The translations under genes and the position numbers were made by a program. DNA of 64,000 nucleotides from Nitrospirota bacterium (GTDB taxonomy: Bacteria > Nitrospirota > UBA9217). The stretch spans positions 224,001-288,000 of the forward strand of contig CAVUCU010000005.1 in the NCBI GenBank assembly GCA_963740085.1. The letters run 5' to 3'. Under the pieces are notes generated by a model. That model had not been told where the DNA came from. It saw only the letters and a program-made list of their open reading frames with translations, and searched no databases. Below are positions 1-10,657 of the stretch, piece by piece (position 1 is the first letter of the stretch; each line of letters starts with the position of its first letter).

Positions 1-477
1 GAGGACGTCGACTCATCCGTAAAAAAGCTTCTGTCGATCAATGGCAAAAAAACCGTTCACGAGTTCCACTACCTGCTCGGCAAGATCATGTGGGAACAGG
101 TGGGCATGACGCGCAGCAGTGAAAGTCTGAACAAGGCGCTCGAACTCATTCCGGAACTCCGCGCTGAGTTCTGGCGCAACGTGAAGGTGCCGGGGTCCGG
201 CATGAACCTGAATCGGGAGCTCGAGAAGGCGGGCAGGATCGCGGACTTTCTCTCCTTCAGCGAACTGATGGCCAAAGATGCTTTGCAACGGAACGAATCC
301 TGCGGCGCCCACTTCCGGGTCGAGCACCAGACCCCGGATGGCGAGGCAATGCGTGACGATAAGAACTTCAGTTATGTCTCTGCCTGGGAATACAAGGGTG
401 CGGATAAAGAACCAGAGCTTCACAAAGAACTGCTGGAGTTCGAGCATCTGAAACCCGCCACGAGAAGCTATAAATAG
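1..477 (+). CDS. sdhA: succinate dehydrogenase/fumarate reductase flavoprotein subunit, C-terminal part (runs off window start)
   Basis: Frame open from base 1; [10 protein letters not shown] motif and C-terminal RSYK; directly upstream of the Fe-S subunit. Confidence 0.92.
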   Translation, partial: EDVDSSVKKLLSINGKKTVHEFHYLLGKIMWEQVGMTRSSESLNKALELIPELRAEFWRNVKVPGSGMNLNRELEKAGRIADFLSFSELMAKDALQRNESCGAHFRVEHQTPDGEAMRDDKNFSYVSAWEYKGADKEPELHKELLEFEHLKPATRSYK

Positions 478-520
478 GAACGAGACAATTTGGCGGGATA
501 ACCGGATACTATTTGAAATT

Positions 521-590
521 GTCATTCTGAGCAGAGCGAAGAATCTTGCCTTTTTAAACACGTAAGATCCTTCACTTCGTTCAGGATGAC
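521..590. repeat. REP/RPE-like palindromic element
   Basis: GTCATTCTGAGCAGAGCGAAGAATCT...AGATCCTTCACTTCGTTCAGGATGAC; the ends are near-perfect inverted repeats. Confidence 0.75.
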
Positions 591-643
591 GCAAAAGGAT
601 GATTTTCAAGAGTCAAGGGAATCCTGTCTACGAGGTTGAATCA

Positions 644-1384
644 ATGAATCTCATACTTTACGTCTGGCGTCAGAAGGGTCCCGGGGAAAACGGGCGGCTC
701 GTTCGTTACGAGGCAAAGGATATCAGCTCCGAGATGTCCTTCCTCGAGATGCTCGATGTCGTGAACGAGGAGTTGATCCGGCAGGGAGACGAGCCCATCG
801 CCTTTGACAGCGACTGCCGCGAGGGCATCTGCGGCATGTGCGGCCAGGTCGTGAACGGTGTCCCGCACGGCCCGCGGGAAAAAACCACGGTCTGCCAGCT
901 TCATATGCGCCATTTCAAGGATGGAGACAGCATCTATATAGAACCCTTCCGCAGCCGGGCATTCCCGGTGATCAAGGACCTGGTCGTGGAGCGGAGCGCC
1001 TTTGACAAGATCATTCAGGCCGCTGGCTACATTTCGGCGCGCACGGGCGGCGTGCCCGACGGCAATGCCATCCTGGTCCCGAAGCATGACGCGGACACCG
1101 CAATGGATGCCGCGGAATGCATAGGCTGCGGGGCCTGCGTCGCCGCCTGTCCGAACGGCTCGGCCATGCTCTTCACCGCGGCCAAGGTGACGCACCTTGC
1201 CATGCTGCCGCAGGGCAGTGTCGAAGCGGCCCGACGTGTTTGCATCATGACCGAGGAGATGCTGAAACAGGGCTTCGGCAATTGCGGCAACCACTACGAA
1301 TGCCAGGCGGTCTGCCCCAAGGGGATCAAGGTCCAGTTTATCGCAAAGTTGAACCGCGAATTCATCAAGGCAAAGATAACGTAA
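644..1384 (+). CDS. sdhB: succinate dehydrogenase/fumarate reductase iron-sulfur subunit
   Basis: [22 protein letters not shown] and [12 protein letters not shown] Cys clusters; start taken at [10 protein letters not shown] after GAGG. Confidence 0.93.
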   Translation: MNLILYVWRQKGPGENGRLVRYEAKDISSEMSFLEMLDVVNEELIRQGDEPIAFDSDCREGICGMCGQVVNGVPHGPREKTTVCQLHMRHFKDGDSIYIEPFRSRAFPVIKDLVVERSAFDKIIQAAGYISARTGGVPDGNAILVPKHDADTAMDAAECIGCGACVAACPNGSAMLFTAAKVTHLAMLPQGSVEAARRVCIMTEEMLKQGFGNCGNHYECQAVCPKGIKVQFIAKLNREFIKAKIT

Positions 1385-1494
1385 TTTGATAAGTCGACAT
1401 TGCGAAGGAACCTTTCCTATGCTATCTTATTGAAGTAGGCAAACAATCAGCACAGATAATAACCAACCATCTCTACCACTATAAGGAGGGCACC

Positions 1495-2685
1495 ATGAAA
1501 CGTCTGGCACTAGCAATCGCAGTGATGTTCGTAAGCTTTGTCTTCTCAACCACGTTGTTGGCCGCTGACTCACTGGATCTCACCATTCCGCTTCCGCTGA
1601 CCGGCAAGCAGGCGAAGTTCGGCGAGATCATGAAACGGTCCTATGAAATAGCCGCGGAAGAGATCAATGCCGCGGGCGGTGTTAAGGGCAAAAAGCTCGT
1701 CCTCTCCTTCGAGGACTCATCGGGAAAACCCGAGACTGCCCGCGCTATCGTGGAGAAGCTCATTGATGTGAAAAAGCAGCCCGTCATCGTGGGCGAGTAC
1801 ACCTCGTCCTGCGCCAAGGCCGTTGCCGCTGTCGCCGAGGAGCGCAAGACGCCGTACCTGGTCGTTGCAAGCGCGGATGATGCAATTACGCAGCAGCATT
1901 ATAAATATGTGTTCCGTCAAAACCAGGTCAATGATCATTATGCCGATGCGTTCGTTTCCTTTCTGCGGGAGGTGGTCAAACCGAAGACCATGGCGATCCT
2001 CTACGAAAGTTCGGCCTTCGGCACCTCAGGCGCCGATGCGATGGAACGGGATGCTAAGAAGATGGGAACAGCGATTGTTCTGAAGGAAAAGTTCGAGACC
2101 GGCGCCATCGATTTCAAACCGCTTCTGTCCAAGGTGAAAGCGGCCCAGCCGGATGTCGTGTATACCGTCTCGTATGCCAACGAGGCACAGCTCATTATGA
2201 AGCAGGCAATGGAGCTCAGGCTTGATGCCAAGCTCTTTTCCGGCGGTGCAGCCGGGTTCGCCATCCCCGAGTTCATCACCGGCGCAAAAGAGGCTGCAGA
2301 GTATGTGGTCAGCGCGACCCTCTGGACACCCCAGGTCAAGTATCCCGGCGCCAAAGAGTTTGCCGATAAGTACAAGGCCAAATACGGAGAATTCCCCTCG
2401 TATCACGGCGCTTCTGCCTATTCCGCCATCTACGTGACTGCCGACGCGCTGAAGCGTGCCAAGAACTGGACCCAGGACGGCATCCGGGACGCGCTTAAGG
2501 CCACAAATCTCATGACAGCCTTCGGTCCGGTCAAGTTCGAAGACAGAGACGGCTACCAGAACCAGAACTTTGCCGAAACTCTTGCCATCCAGGTGCAGAA
2601 GGGCGAGTTTGAGACGATCTGGCCCAAGTCGCAGGCAAGCAAACCTTATATCTACCCGGTCCCGACGTGGAGGGAGCGCAGGTAG
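1495..2685 (+). CDS. livK: branched-chain amino acid ABC transporter substrate-binding protein
   Basis: Signal peptide; PLTG...EEINAAGGVKGKK motif; strong AAGGAGG RBS; heads a liv operon. Confidence 0.88.
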   Translation: MKRLALAIAVMFVSFVFSTTLLAADSLDLTIPLPLTGKQAKFGEIMKRSYEIAAEEINAAGGVKGKKLVLSFEDSSGKPETARAIVEKLIDVKKQPVIVGEYTSSCAKAVAAVAEERKTPYLVVASADDAITQQHYKYVFRQNQVNDHYADAFVSFLREVVKPKTMAILYESSAFGTSGADAMERDAKKMGTAIVLKEKFETGAIDFKPLLSKVKAAQPDVVYTVSYANEAQLIMKQAMELRLDAKLFSGGAAGFAIPEFITGAKEAAEYVVSATLWTPQVKYPGAKEFADKYKAKYGEFPSYHGASAYSAIYVTADALKRAKNWTQDGIRDALKATNLMTAFGPVKFEDRDGYQNQNFAETLAIQVQKGEFETIWPKSQASKPYIYPVPTWRERR

Positions 2686-2728
2686 TTCCAGTTCGAACAA
2701 AAGAATAATTGCTACTTTTCCCGTGGAA

Positions 2729-2757
2729 TCCCCCTCTCCCCGTTGGGGAGGGGGGGT
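2729..2757. repeat. GC-rich palindromic hairpin element
   Basis: CCCCCTCTCCCC-GTT-GGGGAGGGGGG between livK and livH. Confidence 0.55.
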
Positions 2758-2853
2758 AAGACCAGGGCGTATCCGTAGTATTTCAAATGCGGAGAAAGGA
2801 TATTCCACTCCGTAGTTGCGGCACTCTGAACGCCGAACTATCGAAGGTACTCC

Positions 2854-3783
2854 ATGACCGCTATCCAAACTGAAGTCCTTTTGCAGACGCTCATTTCCGG
2901 CATACTGCTCGGCGGGCTCTATGCCCTGATCGGCCTCGGCATGACCATCATCATGGGCGTCATGAAAATCATCAATCTTGCCCATGGCGAGCTCATGATG
3001 GTGGGCATGTACATCGCCTATGTTCTCTACGCTCATTTCCATATCGATCCATATCTCTCGATCTTCATCGCGGCGCCGGCCCTTTTCCTGTTCGGCATGG
3101 CGCTCCAGAAGTTCCTGATCAATCCGGTGGTCAAGGTGGACTCCATCCTGCCCGAGAACCAGGTGATCCTCACCGTCGGCATCGGTATGGTGCTGGCGAA
3201 CCTGGCAACGATCATCTTCACGTCCGATTACCTGCAAACTCCAGTGAGCTATGGCACGAAGGCATGGTACCTCACCGATCTCTGGAAAAAGTCACCCATT
3301 GAGTTGTCTCTGTCATTCCCCTGGAGCGTCTCGTTCGTGTTCTCCCTGCTGATCACCGCGGGACTGTGGTTCTTCCTGACCAAAATGGACACCGGCAAAT
3401 CCATTCGGGCCACGGCACAGGACAGCGATGCCGCACTGCTCATGGGCGTGAACGTCGGACGGATGCGGGTGATCACCTTCGGTCTCGGATCAGCCCTCGT
3501 GGGAGCGGCCGGCTGCCTCTTCATTCCCATTTACTATATTTATCCCGACATCGGGGGGCAGTTCACTTTGATCGCGTTCGTCATCACCATTCTGGGCGGT
3601 CTCGGATCTACCGTGGGGGCGATTATCGGCGGCTTGATCCTGGGTCTTTTTGAATCGCTCACGGCGACCTACATCGGCATGGGGTGGGCGCCCGTCGGCA
3701 GGTTCGTCATCTTCATTGCCGTGCTGATCTTCATTCCGGGCGGAGTGGCGTCGCTGCTCAAGACAAGAAAGTTCGGAAAGTAA
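2854..3783 (+). CDS. livH: branched-chain amino acid ABC transporter permease
   Basis: YALIGLGMT..INLAHGE and IRATAQD..AALLMGVN motifs; multiple TM helices. Confidence 0.92.
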   Translation: MTAIQTEVLLQTLISGILLGGLYALIGLGMTIIMGVMKIINLAHGELMMVGMYIAYVLYAHFHIDPYLSIFIAAPALFLFGMALQKFLINPVVKVDSILPENQVILTVGIGMVLANLATIIFTSDYLQTPVSYGTKAWYLTDLWKKSPIELSLSFPWSVSFVFSLLITAGLWFFLTKMDTGKSIRATAQDSDAALLMGVNVGRMRVITFGLGSALVGAAGCLFIPIYYIYPDIGGQFTLIAFVITILGGLGSTVGAIIGGLILGLFESLTATYIGMGWAPVGRFVIFIAVLIFIPGGVASLLKTRKFGK

Positions 3784-3810
3784 CATTTACTGTAGTCATT
3801 AAAGTCGTTC

Positions 3811-3892
3811 TCACACAAAGCCACGAAGACACAAAGTGTATAATCTTATGTGTTCAAGGGGCCTTTCTTCGTGTCTTTGTGTCTTCGTGTGA
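3811..3892. repeat. 9-nt-periodic palindromic element
   Basis: CACACAAAGCCACGAAGACACAAAG ... CTTCGTGTCTTTGTGTCTTCGTGTG inverted arms. Confidence 0.75.
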
Positions 3893-3951
3893 AAATTGAT
3901 TTTTCGTTTTTGTTGCATATAAAACCGTAAAAAGCGGGTCATGTTAGTAGG

Positions 3952-4893
3952 ATGAAAAAATATTTTCCTTCCATAGCGCTGGTTCTGATGGCCCTCATTC
4001 CCTTTCTGGGTCTGAACAGCTATCTGATGCATATCCTGATCCTGGTCGTCATGTGGTCGGTGATCGGCATGGCCTGGAACCTCCTCGGCGGGTACTGCGG
4101 CCAGGTATCCTTCGGCCACGCGGCTTTTTTCGGCGTCGGGGCATATACCAGCGGCATGTTGTACAGCAAACTGGGGATCTCCGGCTGGTGGGGCATTCCT
4201 GCCAGTATCGTCGTGGTCACCCTCTTCGCGCTGGTCATCGGTTACATCTGCCTGAGACTGCGCGGCCCCTACTTCGCACTGGCCACGCTGTCCGTGGGCG
4301 TCATCCTCCGGATCGTCGCGGAGAACCTCGTAAACGTTACCGGCGGAGACCTCGGCATCATGATCCGCGAACGGAGCTGGATAGAGAAGACCTGGTACTA
4401 CTATATCATCCTGGCGATCGCAGCCCTGTCGTACGTGCTCATTCAGAGGATCATCGGTTCAAAGCTGGGCTACTACTTCGTCGCCATCCGCGAGGACCAG
4501 GACGCTGCGGAGTCCCTCGGCATCAATACAACGCTGTACAAGACCATCGCGCTCTGCCTGAGCGCCGTGATCACCGGATTCGCAGGCGCCTTTTACACGA
4601 ACTACATGGGGTACATCGACCCGAAGGTCGTCTTCGCCCTCCACGATATATCGATCATTGCGATCATGGTCGTCATGGTCGGCGGCGTTGCGACCTTCTC
4701 GGGTCCCATCGTCGGCGCGATCATCATGGTGATACTTGCCGAGGCCATCAGGTCCATCCCGCTGCTCGGTACGGCGCACCATACGCTTTTCGGCATCCTG
4801 CTGATCGTCATTATCATTTTTCTGCCCAACGGCATAGTCGGAGATTTTTTGAAACTGAAGAGACTGGTCGGTCTTGGACGGAGACCTTCATGA
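3952..4893 (+). CDS. livM: branched-chain amino acid ABC transporter permease
   Basis: [32 protein letters not shown] and [14 protein letters not shown] motifs. Confidence 0.92.
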   Translation: MKKYFPSIALVLMALIPFLGLNSYLMHILILVVMWSVIGMAWNLLGGYCGQVSFGHAAFFGVGAYTSGMLYSKLGISGWWGIPASIVVVTLFALVIGYICLRLRGPYFALATLSVGVILRIVAENLVNVTGGDLGIMIRERSWIEKTWYYYIILAIAALSYVLIQRIIGSKLGYYFVAIREDQDAAESLGINTTLYKTIALCLSAVITGFAGAFYTNYMGYIDPKVVFALHDISIIAIMVVMVGGVATFSGPIVGAIIMVILAEAIRSIPLLGTAHHTLFGILLIVIIIFLPNGIVGDFLKLKRLVGLGRRPS

Positions 4894-5612
4894 ACCTGCT
4901 TGAGATAAAAAAGGTCTCCCGGTTCTTCGGAGGCCTCGCCGCCATCAAGGACGTGTCCTTTGAGGTACGGGAAGGCGAGATCCTCGGCCTTATCGGGCCG
5001 AACGGCGCCGGCAAGACAACCATGTTCAACGTGGTGAATGGTTTTTATTCTCCCTCGAGGGGCGACGTCTTTTTCAAGGCCCGGAGGATCTCCGGCCTCA
5101 AACCGCATCAGATCTGCGGGCTCGGCATTGCCAGGACATTCCAGGTAGTAAAACCGCTCCAGAGGATGAGCGTGCTCGACAACGTCATTGCATCATCTTT
5201 CCTCCGCGCAAAGGATAAAAACCAGGCCGTGGAGATCGCGCGCGAGTCGCTCCAGTTCTCAGGACTGTATGAGGACCGTGAAATCATATCACGGGGATTA
5301 CCGCTCGGGAAAAGGAAGCGGCTCGAGATCGCGCGGGCTCTTGCCACGCAGCCGGAGGTATTGCTCCTCGACGAGTCCTTTGCCGGGCTGAATGCGACCG
5401 AGCTTGATGAGTCCATTGGCATCATACGGAAGATCAAGGACAGGGGCATCACCATCATGATCATCGAACACCATATGAAGGTCATCATGGCCATATCCGA
5501 CCGGATCGTGGTATTGAATTACGGGGAGAAGATCGCCGAGGGCACGCCGCAGGAGATCCGGAGCAATCCCGTCGTCGTCGAGGCTTACCTGGGAGAGGCG
5601 CAAAGTGCTTGA
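4890..5612 (+). CDS. livG: branched-chain amino acid ABC transporter ATP-binding protein
   Basis: ATGA overlap with the livM stop; GPNGAGKTT Walker A; ARTFQ; VVEAYLG tail. Confidence 0.92.
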   Translation: MNLLEIKKVSRFFGGLAAIKDVSFEVREGEILGLIGPNGAGKTTMFNVVNGFYSPSRGDVFFKARRISGLKPHQICGLGIARTFQVVKPLQRMSVLDNVIASSFLRAKDKNQAVEIARESLQFSGLYEDREIISRGLPLGKRKRLEIARALATQPEVLLLDESFAGLNATELDESIGIIRKIKDRGITIMIIEHHMKVIMAISDRIVVLNYGEKIAEGTPQEIRSNPVVVEAYLGEAQSA

Positions 5613-6309
5613 GATCAGGAACATAGACGTCTTCTACGGCGATGTCCAGGTGCTCTGGGACATTTCATTCGACGTGAAGCAGGGCGAGGTCGTAGCGCTT
5701 ATCGGCGCAAATGGCGCTGGCAAATCGACAACCCTCAAGACGATCTCCGGGCTTCTGCGGCCCCGCAGAGGCGAGATACTGTTCAACACCATGCCGATCC
5801 ATTCTGTCGAGGCGTTCAGGCTCGTCGAGCTGGGGATCGCCCACTGCCCCGAGGCACGGCGGCTTTTTGTCGAGATGACGGTCGAGGAGAACCTTGACAT
5901 GGGGTCGCTCCGGGGAGAGGCGAAACAACAGCGTGAAAAGACCAAGGAAATGGTGTTCGGCCTCTTTCCCCGGCTCAGCGAACGCAGAAAACAGCCCGCA
6001 GGCCTGCTCTCGGGTGGCGAACAACAGATGGTGGCGATCGGAAGAGGACTCATGGCGATACCGAAACTTCTCATGTTCGATGAGCCCTCGCTTGGACTCG
6101 CGCCGATCCTCGTGCGCGAGATCTTCGATATCATCAAAAAGATCCGGCAGCAGGGAACCACGGTCCTGATCGTGGAGCAGAATGTGAAGCAGACCCTGGC
6201 GATCTCTGACCGTGCCTATGTGCTCGAAAACGGCAAGGTGGTGATGCAGGGGACCGGCAGTGCATTGCTGAACGATGAGCATGTGAAGACGGCATATCTC
6301 GGGGTCTAA
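5605..6309 (+). CDS. livF: branched-chain amino acid ABC transporter ATP-binding protein
   Basis: GANGAGKST, LSGGEQQM and DEPSLGLAP motifs. Confidence 0.93.
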   Translation: MLEIRNIDVFYGDVQVLWDISFDVKQGEVVALIGANGAGKSTTLKTISGLLRPRRGEILFNTMPIHSVEAFRLVELGIAHCPEARRLFVEMTVEENLDMGSLRGEAKQQREKTKEMVFGLFPRLSERRKQPAGLLSGGEQQMVAIGRGLMAIPKLLMFDEPSLGLAPILVREIFDIIKKIRQQGTTVLIVEQNVKQTLAISDRAYVLENGKVVMQGTGSALLNDEHVKTAYLGV

Positions 6310-6325
6310 CGGCTGAGACAGGCAT

Positions 6326-6430
6326 CAAATGCGAATATCGAAATCCTGAACAAATGAGAGGCAGGGGTATCAATGTTTGAATTTAAAATTATTCGGATAT
6401 TTTTGGGATAGAATTTGAGATCTTAAATTT
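6326..6430. repeat. AT-rich 7-nt-periodic palindromic element
   Basis: CAAATGCGAATATCGAAATCCTGAACAAAT ... TTTGAATTT..TTCGGATATT..GAATTTGAGATCTTAAATTT. Confidence 0.6.
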
Positions 6431-6453
6431 TTAGTATTCTTCTGGAGGCGGCC

Positions 6454-7098
6454 ATGTTTGTTTCCGATTGGATGACGAAAAAGGTCTTTACCATAGAGCC
6501 CGACGATTTTCTCTCCAGTGCCATCACCCTGATGAAGGAGAAACACATCAAGCATATCCCGGTCACCCGGAACGGGAAACTGAAGGGCATCATTTCGGAC
6601 CGCGACATCAAGGAGTACAGCCCCTCGAAGGCCACAACCCTCGATATTTACGAACTTCATTATATAGTCGCGAATACGAAGATCAAGCAGCTCGTTAAGA
6701 CCAAGGTCATCACCACGACACCCGAAACGCCCGTGGAAGACGCCGCTATGATCATGCTGGACGAGAATATAGGATGCCTCCCCGTGCTGGATAACGGGAT
6801 CCTCGTCGGCATCATTTCCGACAAGGACATCTTTCATGCCCTGGTGGATATCACCGGGGCCAGACACGGCGGCAACCGGATCTGCGTGACCATCGAGGAC
6901 CGGGCGGGATCCATTCGGGAAGTGGCCGATATCGTCCGGAAACACAACTTCCGCCTTCAGGGGATCCTCACCTCGTATGAAGGCATAAAAGAAGGTTATC
7001 GGAGGGTGGTCATCAGAACGCAGGGTAAGGGCGATTTCTTCGGCCTGAGGGCGGAGATAGAGAGCGCTTTCAAGACCTGCCAGGTAAAGAAGGGTTAA
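6454..7098 (+). CDS. CBS-pair plus ACT domain protein (AcuB-like)
   Basis: Tandem CBS domains (KHIPV, GIISDRD, IGCLPV) and a C-terminal ACT-like segment. Confidence 0.85.
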   Translation: MFVSDWMTKKVFTIEPDDFLSSAITLMKEKHIKHIPVTRNGKLKGIISDRDIKEYSPSKATTLDIYELHYIVANTKIKQLVKTKVITTTPETPVEDAAMIMLDENIGCLPVLDNGILVGIISDKDIFHALVDITGARHGGNRICVTIEDRAGSIREVADIVRKHNFRLQGILTSYEGIKEGYRRVVIRTQGKGDFFGLRAEIESAFKTCQVKKG

Positions 7099-7134
7099 CG
7101 AAGCCCTTCTCTTGCAGCGTGGCGATTCAAATAG

Positions 7135-7173
7135 AAGAGGCCGGAGCAGATGACTGCCCGGCCTCTTGGTTTT
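7135..7173. terminator. intrinsic terminator hairpin between convergent genes
   Basis: AAGAGGCCGG...CCGGCCTCTT followed by GGTTTT. Confidence 0.6.
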
Positions 7174-7236
7174 CACTCTGCCCCCGGAGCCTGTCCCCCT
7201 GAAGACTGAATTGGGAGGTGCTCCGCGGCGTATCTT

Positions 7237-8898
7237 TTATATCGGATTCAGTCTCTTGTCGATCACGGTCCGCGCTGCCACAAGCGGATCAATGAAGGCG
7301 CTGTCCATGTCCTTTTCGAGATCGCGCTTGTTCGACAGGAAGGTGATGCGGTCCTGCATCCGGTTTCTGAGGAACTGGAGATACTCGGGGTTTTTTGACG
7401 GCCTGAACTTCTTGTCGAAATCCGAGCCGAACAGCTCGACCCCGTTGGAGGGGACCATCAGGCCCGGGAAGGACTTCCATTCCCGCCACTCGATCGTGCC
7501 ACGCACCATCTGGGTCACAATGTTCAAAGACAGGTCCTTCGGAACCTTGATCTCTTCGCCGGGCAGGCCAAAGTGACCGGTGTTCATGATGTAGCATTCG
7601 GTCCCGAGTTTGAAGAGTTTGAGGAACTGCCGGCAGTCCTCCATGAGCGAATGGACCCGGAAGGGATTTGCAAACGGCTCGATAACGAGCTTGGCCAGCT
7701 CTTCCCTCGGTACGTTCTCCACGCCTTTGGCCCGCAGGGTGCTCAGTGACGCGCCCATTGCCACGGACAGACCCACATCGGATACCTTCATGATCGGCGG
7801 CAAAGATTGATCCTTCTGGAGCCAGATAAGCTGGCCGGGCCTGGCGCAGGAATCGGCGGTATTGAACATATCGCGCGACTTGATGCACCGGCCGTTGTCG
7901 TTCCGGACGTCCTCGCACACCATCTCTCGTTTCCCGTTGCCGAGATCGGTCACAGACACATTCTGGGCCGAGTAGAAATATTTGATGATGGGGTCCCGGA
8001 ACGGGACCGCGTCGGTCTTGTCAAAAAGGCTGGGCTCAAGCGCGACGGTCAGGTTCGCGTCAAGCGCAATAAGAAACGCATCGTCATGGATCACGATCAC
8101 CTTCTCGCCCTTCCTGAGCGTGCCATCGTGGTCGTGACTGTTCGTGATCGAGGACTTTCCTGAACCGGAAAGGCCGAAGACCGCGACCGGAGGATGGTTG
8201 CCGATGGTCTTGATCCCGCCGTGGCACGCCACCATGTTCTGGCGCACACCGATGGTCCAGGCCAGGGTCAAGGTCCCCTTCTTGCGCTCGCCGAAATATC
8301 GAAGGCCAAGGATTGCAATGCAGTTCTCTTCTTCGTCGATGATCACAAGCCCGTTCGGGAACTCGGGGTCCGTCCAATCCGGGTCGGCCAGCACCAGGAT
8401 GTCCGGCTCATCGAGCTTCTTCGATCTCTTATATGCCTCGCTCCAGGGCTTCATGCAGGGTGCAAAGTTGATGCCCCAGTCGAACATGTTCTTGGCATCC
8501 GTTGCAGGGCTCAGCAAGTGCGCCTTGACCATGAAATCTTTGTGCAGGCCGACCGTGGCCTCAAGCCACAGGCACTCACGCTTGGTCAGCTGGTAGGTGA
8601 CCTCTCCCAGGATGCGAAGGTACTTGTCACGGTCCTTGCCCATCTCGCGCACCAGCCTGCGCGCCCTGGCCGTCCTGCCGACAATACCGCCGTCGTTGGA
8701 GATGAGCACCCTGGCGTCCTTCGGCAATCCGAATTGGGACGGTTTGTAAAAGGGATGGGATGTCGCCATAACCTCGGGCTGTTTGATCGCCAGCTTGTAG
8801 AGCGCGGCCATGGTGGTCTTGCGCACCGAATTGGCGTAGAAAGCGCCGTCGATCATCGCCCGCCAGGGCGACCTGGGTAATCTGTTCACTGATGCCAT
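7237..8898 (-). CDS. phosphoenolpyruvate carboxykinase (ATP-type family, divergent)
   Basis: YFGERKKG, CHGG, GLSGSGKSS P-loop, IHDD metal motif, NGR and PFANPFR. Confidence 0.8.
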   Translation of the reverse strand: MASVNRLPRSPWRAMIDGAFYANSVRKTTMAALYKLAIKQPEVMATSHPFYKPSQFGLPKDARVLISNDGGIVGRTARARRLVREMGKDRDKYLRILGEVTYQLTKRECLWLEATVGLHKDFMVKAHLLSPATDAKNMFDWGINFAPCMKPWSEAYKRSKKLDEPDILVLADPDWTDPEFPNGLVIIDEEENCIAILGLRYFGERKKGTLTLAWTIGVRQNMVACHGGIKTIGNHPPVAVFGLSGSGKSSITNSHDHDGTLRKGEKVIVIHDDAFLIALDANLTVALEPSLFDKTDAVPFRDPIIKYFYSAQNVSVTDLGNGKREMVCEDVRNDNGRCIKSRDMFNTADSCARPGQLIWLQKDQSLPPIMKVSDVGLSVAMGASLSTLRAKGVENVPREELAKLVIEPFANPFRVHSLMEDCRQFLKLFKLGTECYIMNTGHFGLPGEEIKVPKDLSLNIVTQMVRGTIEWREWKSFPGLMVPSNGVELFGSDFDKKFRPSKNPEYLQFLRNRMQDRITFLSNKRDLEKDMDSAFIDPLVAARTVIDKRLNPI

Positions 8899-8990
8899 AG
8901 ATCCTCCTCGATATCAACAACCCGCTGAGCGGTGACAGGTATGGGTCGAATTATGCACGATAATGGCATAAAAGTAAAGAGGAGGGTGAA

Positions 8991-9022
8991 AAAACAAAAG
9001 CCCCGCGAACAGCACGGGGCTT
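8991..9022 (-). terminator. intrinsic terminator
   Basis: Minus strand AAGCCCCG...CGGGGCTTTTGTTTT. Confidence 0.7.
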
Positions 9023-9049
9023 ATTGATTCCGTCCTCTTCTCCACTGGA

Positions 9050-9829
9050 TCAGCGTTGTATGCTCGCCTTTTCCATGATCACCGCATACTTGTATCCTGC
9101 GCCGAAGTCTTTATCTTTATAGATCGTGCCCTTCATCGTCACAATGTCTCCGACTGCCGGCAGGTCCTGCGATGTCGCGATCAGTTTGTTGGATTGATTG
9201 GCCGCATCGCCCGTGCCGTCCTTCAAATGGATCCAGTTCTTGCCCATGATGCCCGCGGAAACCTTTACCACTTTCCCCTTGACCACCGCGGTCTTCTCGT
9301 TCAGCGCTGCCGCTTTTTCATGGATCTCGCTTACCGTATAGGCATCGGGACCCGAGGCCTTCCCGACGCTGATCTTTTCGGCCGACTTCGAATCCCCGGC
9401 CGTTTTATCGCCATGTTGCGAACTTGACGGTGATTTGCCAACCGCCGTCCCCGATTGAGAGACAAGGCCGCCGGAGAAAATGATGCTTTCGAATGTCCGC
9501 TTGAGCGTTTTGCTCGTGAAGTTCCTCATCTCTGCACCAGGCTGGAACGTCACCTCCTGTCCAACGGTGACTTCAGTCTGCGGTACGGCGACCCAGGTCT
9601 TCCTTCCCTTCTTCTCGAAAAGGACATACGTATAGCCGCCGGCATTCATCGTCTCCAACACCTTGCCCGAGAGGGAAGAGGCCTTATGAGAAGCCTCTGC
9701 TTTTTTCACCTTCATCTCCGGCGGAGGCACGGGGGAAGCCTTATCCGTTACGGCAAAAGCCGAGACAACTGAAAAGACGATCGTGGGGATAACTACACCA
9801 TATACTGCACGTCCAAAAAATCGTTTCAT
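9050..9829 (-). CDS. exported NrfJ-like/OB-fold protein
   Basis: Signal peptide; GKVLETMNAGGYTY...WVA domain; C-terminal GKVVKV..IMGKNWIHL..DKDFGAGYKY domain. Confidence 0.7.
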   Translation of the reverse strand: MKRFFGRAVYGVVIPTIVFSVVSAFAVTDKASPVPPPEMKVKKAEASHKASSLSGKVLETMNAGGYTYVLFEKKGRKTWVAVPQTEVTVGQEVTFQPGAEMRNFTSKTLKRTFESIIFSGGLVSQSGTAVGKSPSSSQHGDKTAGDSKSAEKISVGKASGPDAYTVSEIHEKAAALNEKTAVVKGKVVKVSAGIMGKNWIHLKDGTGDAANQSNKLIATSQDLPAVGDIVTMKGTIYKDKDFGAGYKYAVIMEKASIQR

Positions 9830-10078
9830 TTTTTCGCTCCCTGGTATATTTGATTGGATTCAAACCGTGGCCGGTGAATCATCCTGCATGCACAACGCAT
9901 TGGAGATTACCGCTTTTAGAGAAAGTAATCAAGCGGTTTTTTCGACCGCAACCGTTTCCGGCCGACACGCACGGCACAAGGAACACAGAGGTACCAATGG
10001 AATCATTTCGTATCATCCATCAATTTTGTGACATTCGTGATAATGCATTGATATTCCCCCGCCTTGAAGGGCGTTGGG

Positions 10079-10561
10079 TCATAGCTTGTATCCGATCCTT
10101 CGCAGGAATTCCTTCCTCTGCGCCCTGTCGGCGGGCGTTTCCACTCCCTTCGGGGAGAAACCATCGATCACGCCCAGGATACCCTTGCCCTGGGGCGACG
10201 TTGCAACCACCACTTCGAGGGGGTTCGCCGTGGCGCAAAAGATATGGCAAACCTCGGGACAATTCTTGATCGGGGTGAGGACGTTGACGGGAAATGCGTT
10301 CTTAAGATAAATACAGAACACGTGGCCCGCACCGATGGATTGGAGTGTTTTCACGGAGATATTGATGAGTGCCTCGTCGTTCCCTTCTGTGCGGATGAGA
10401 CAGGGGCCGGACGCCTCGGTAAAGGCAATGCCGAACTTCGCCTGAGGGACGGTCGTGGCGATGATCTCATACAGGTCTTCTGCGGTCTTGATGAAGTGGG
10501 TCTGGCCGAGAATGACATTGCAGCCTTCGGGAATATCAACTTTTACGGTATGCATGACCAT
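10079..10561 (-). CDS. adenosine-specific kinase family protein (DUF355)
   Basis: [33 protein letters not shown] and GYK C-terminus. Confidence 0.85.
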   Translation of the reverse strand: MVMHTVKVDIPEGCNVILGQTHFIKTAEDLYEIIATTVPQAKFGIAFTEASGPCLIRTEGNDEALINISVKTLQSIGAGHVFCIYLKNAFPVNVLTPIKNCPEVCHIFCATANPLEVVVATSPQGKGILGVIDGFSPKGVETPADRAQRKEFLRRIGYKL

Positions 10562-10657
10562 ATGCGTCTCTTCGCACGAATCGATAACAAGTCGATCATG
10601 ATCCGAAAGCATGAATTGACTCGTAGCGGAAGTGAATCGAAGCGAAATATTGCGCTA

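Noticed and set aside
4053-4889. N-terminal extension of the 519-aa ORF 4053..5612
   Set aside because: It overlaps livM out of frame; livG starts at 4890 with an ATGA overlap.
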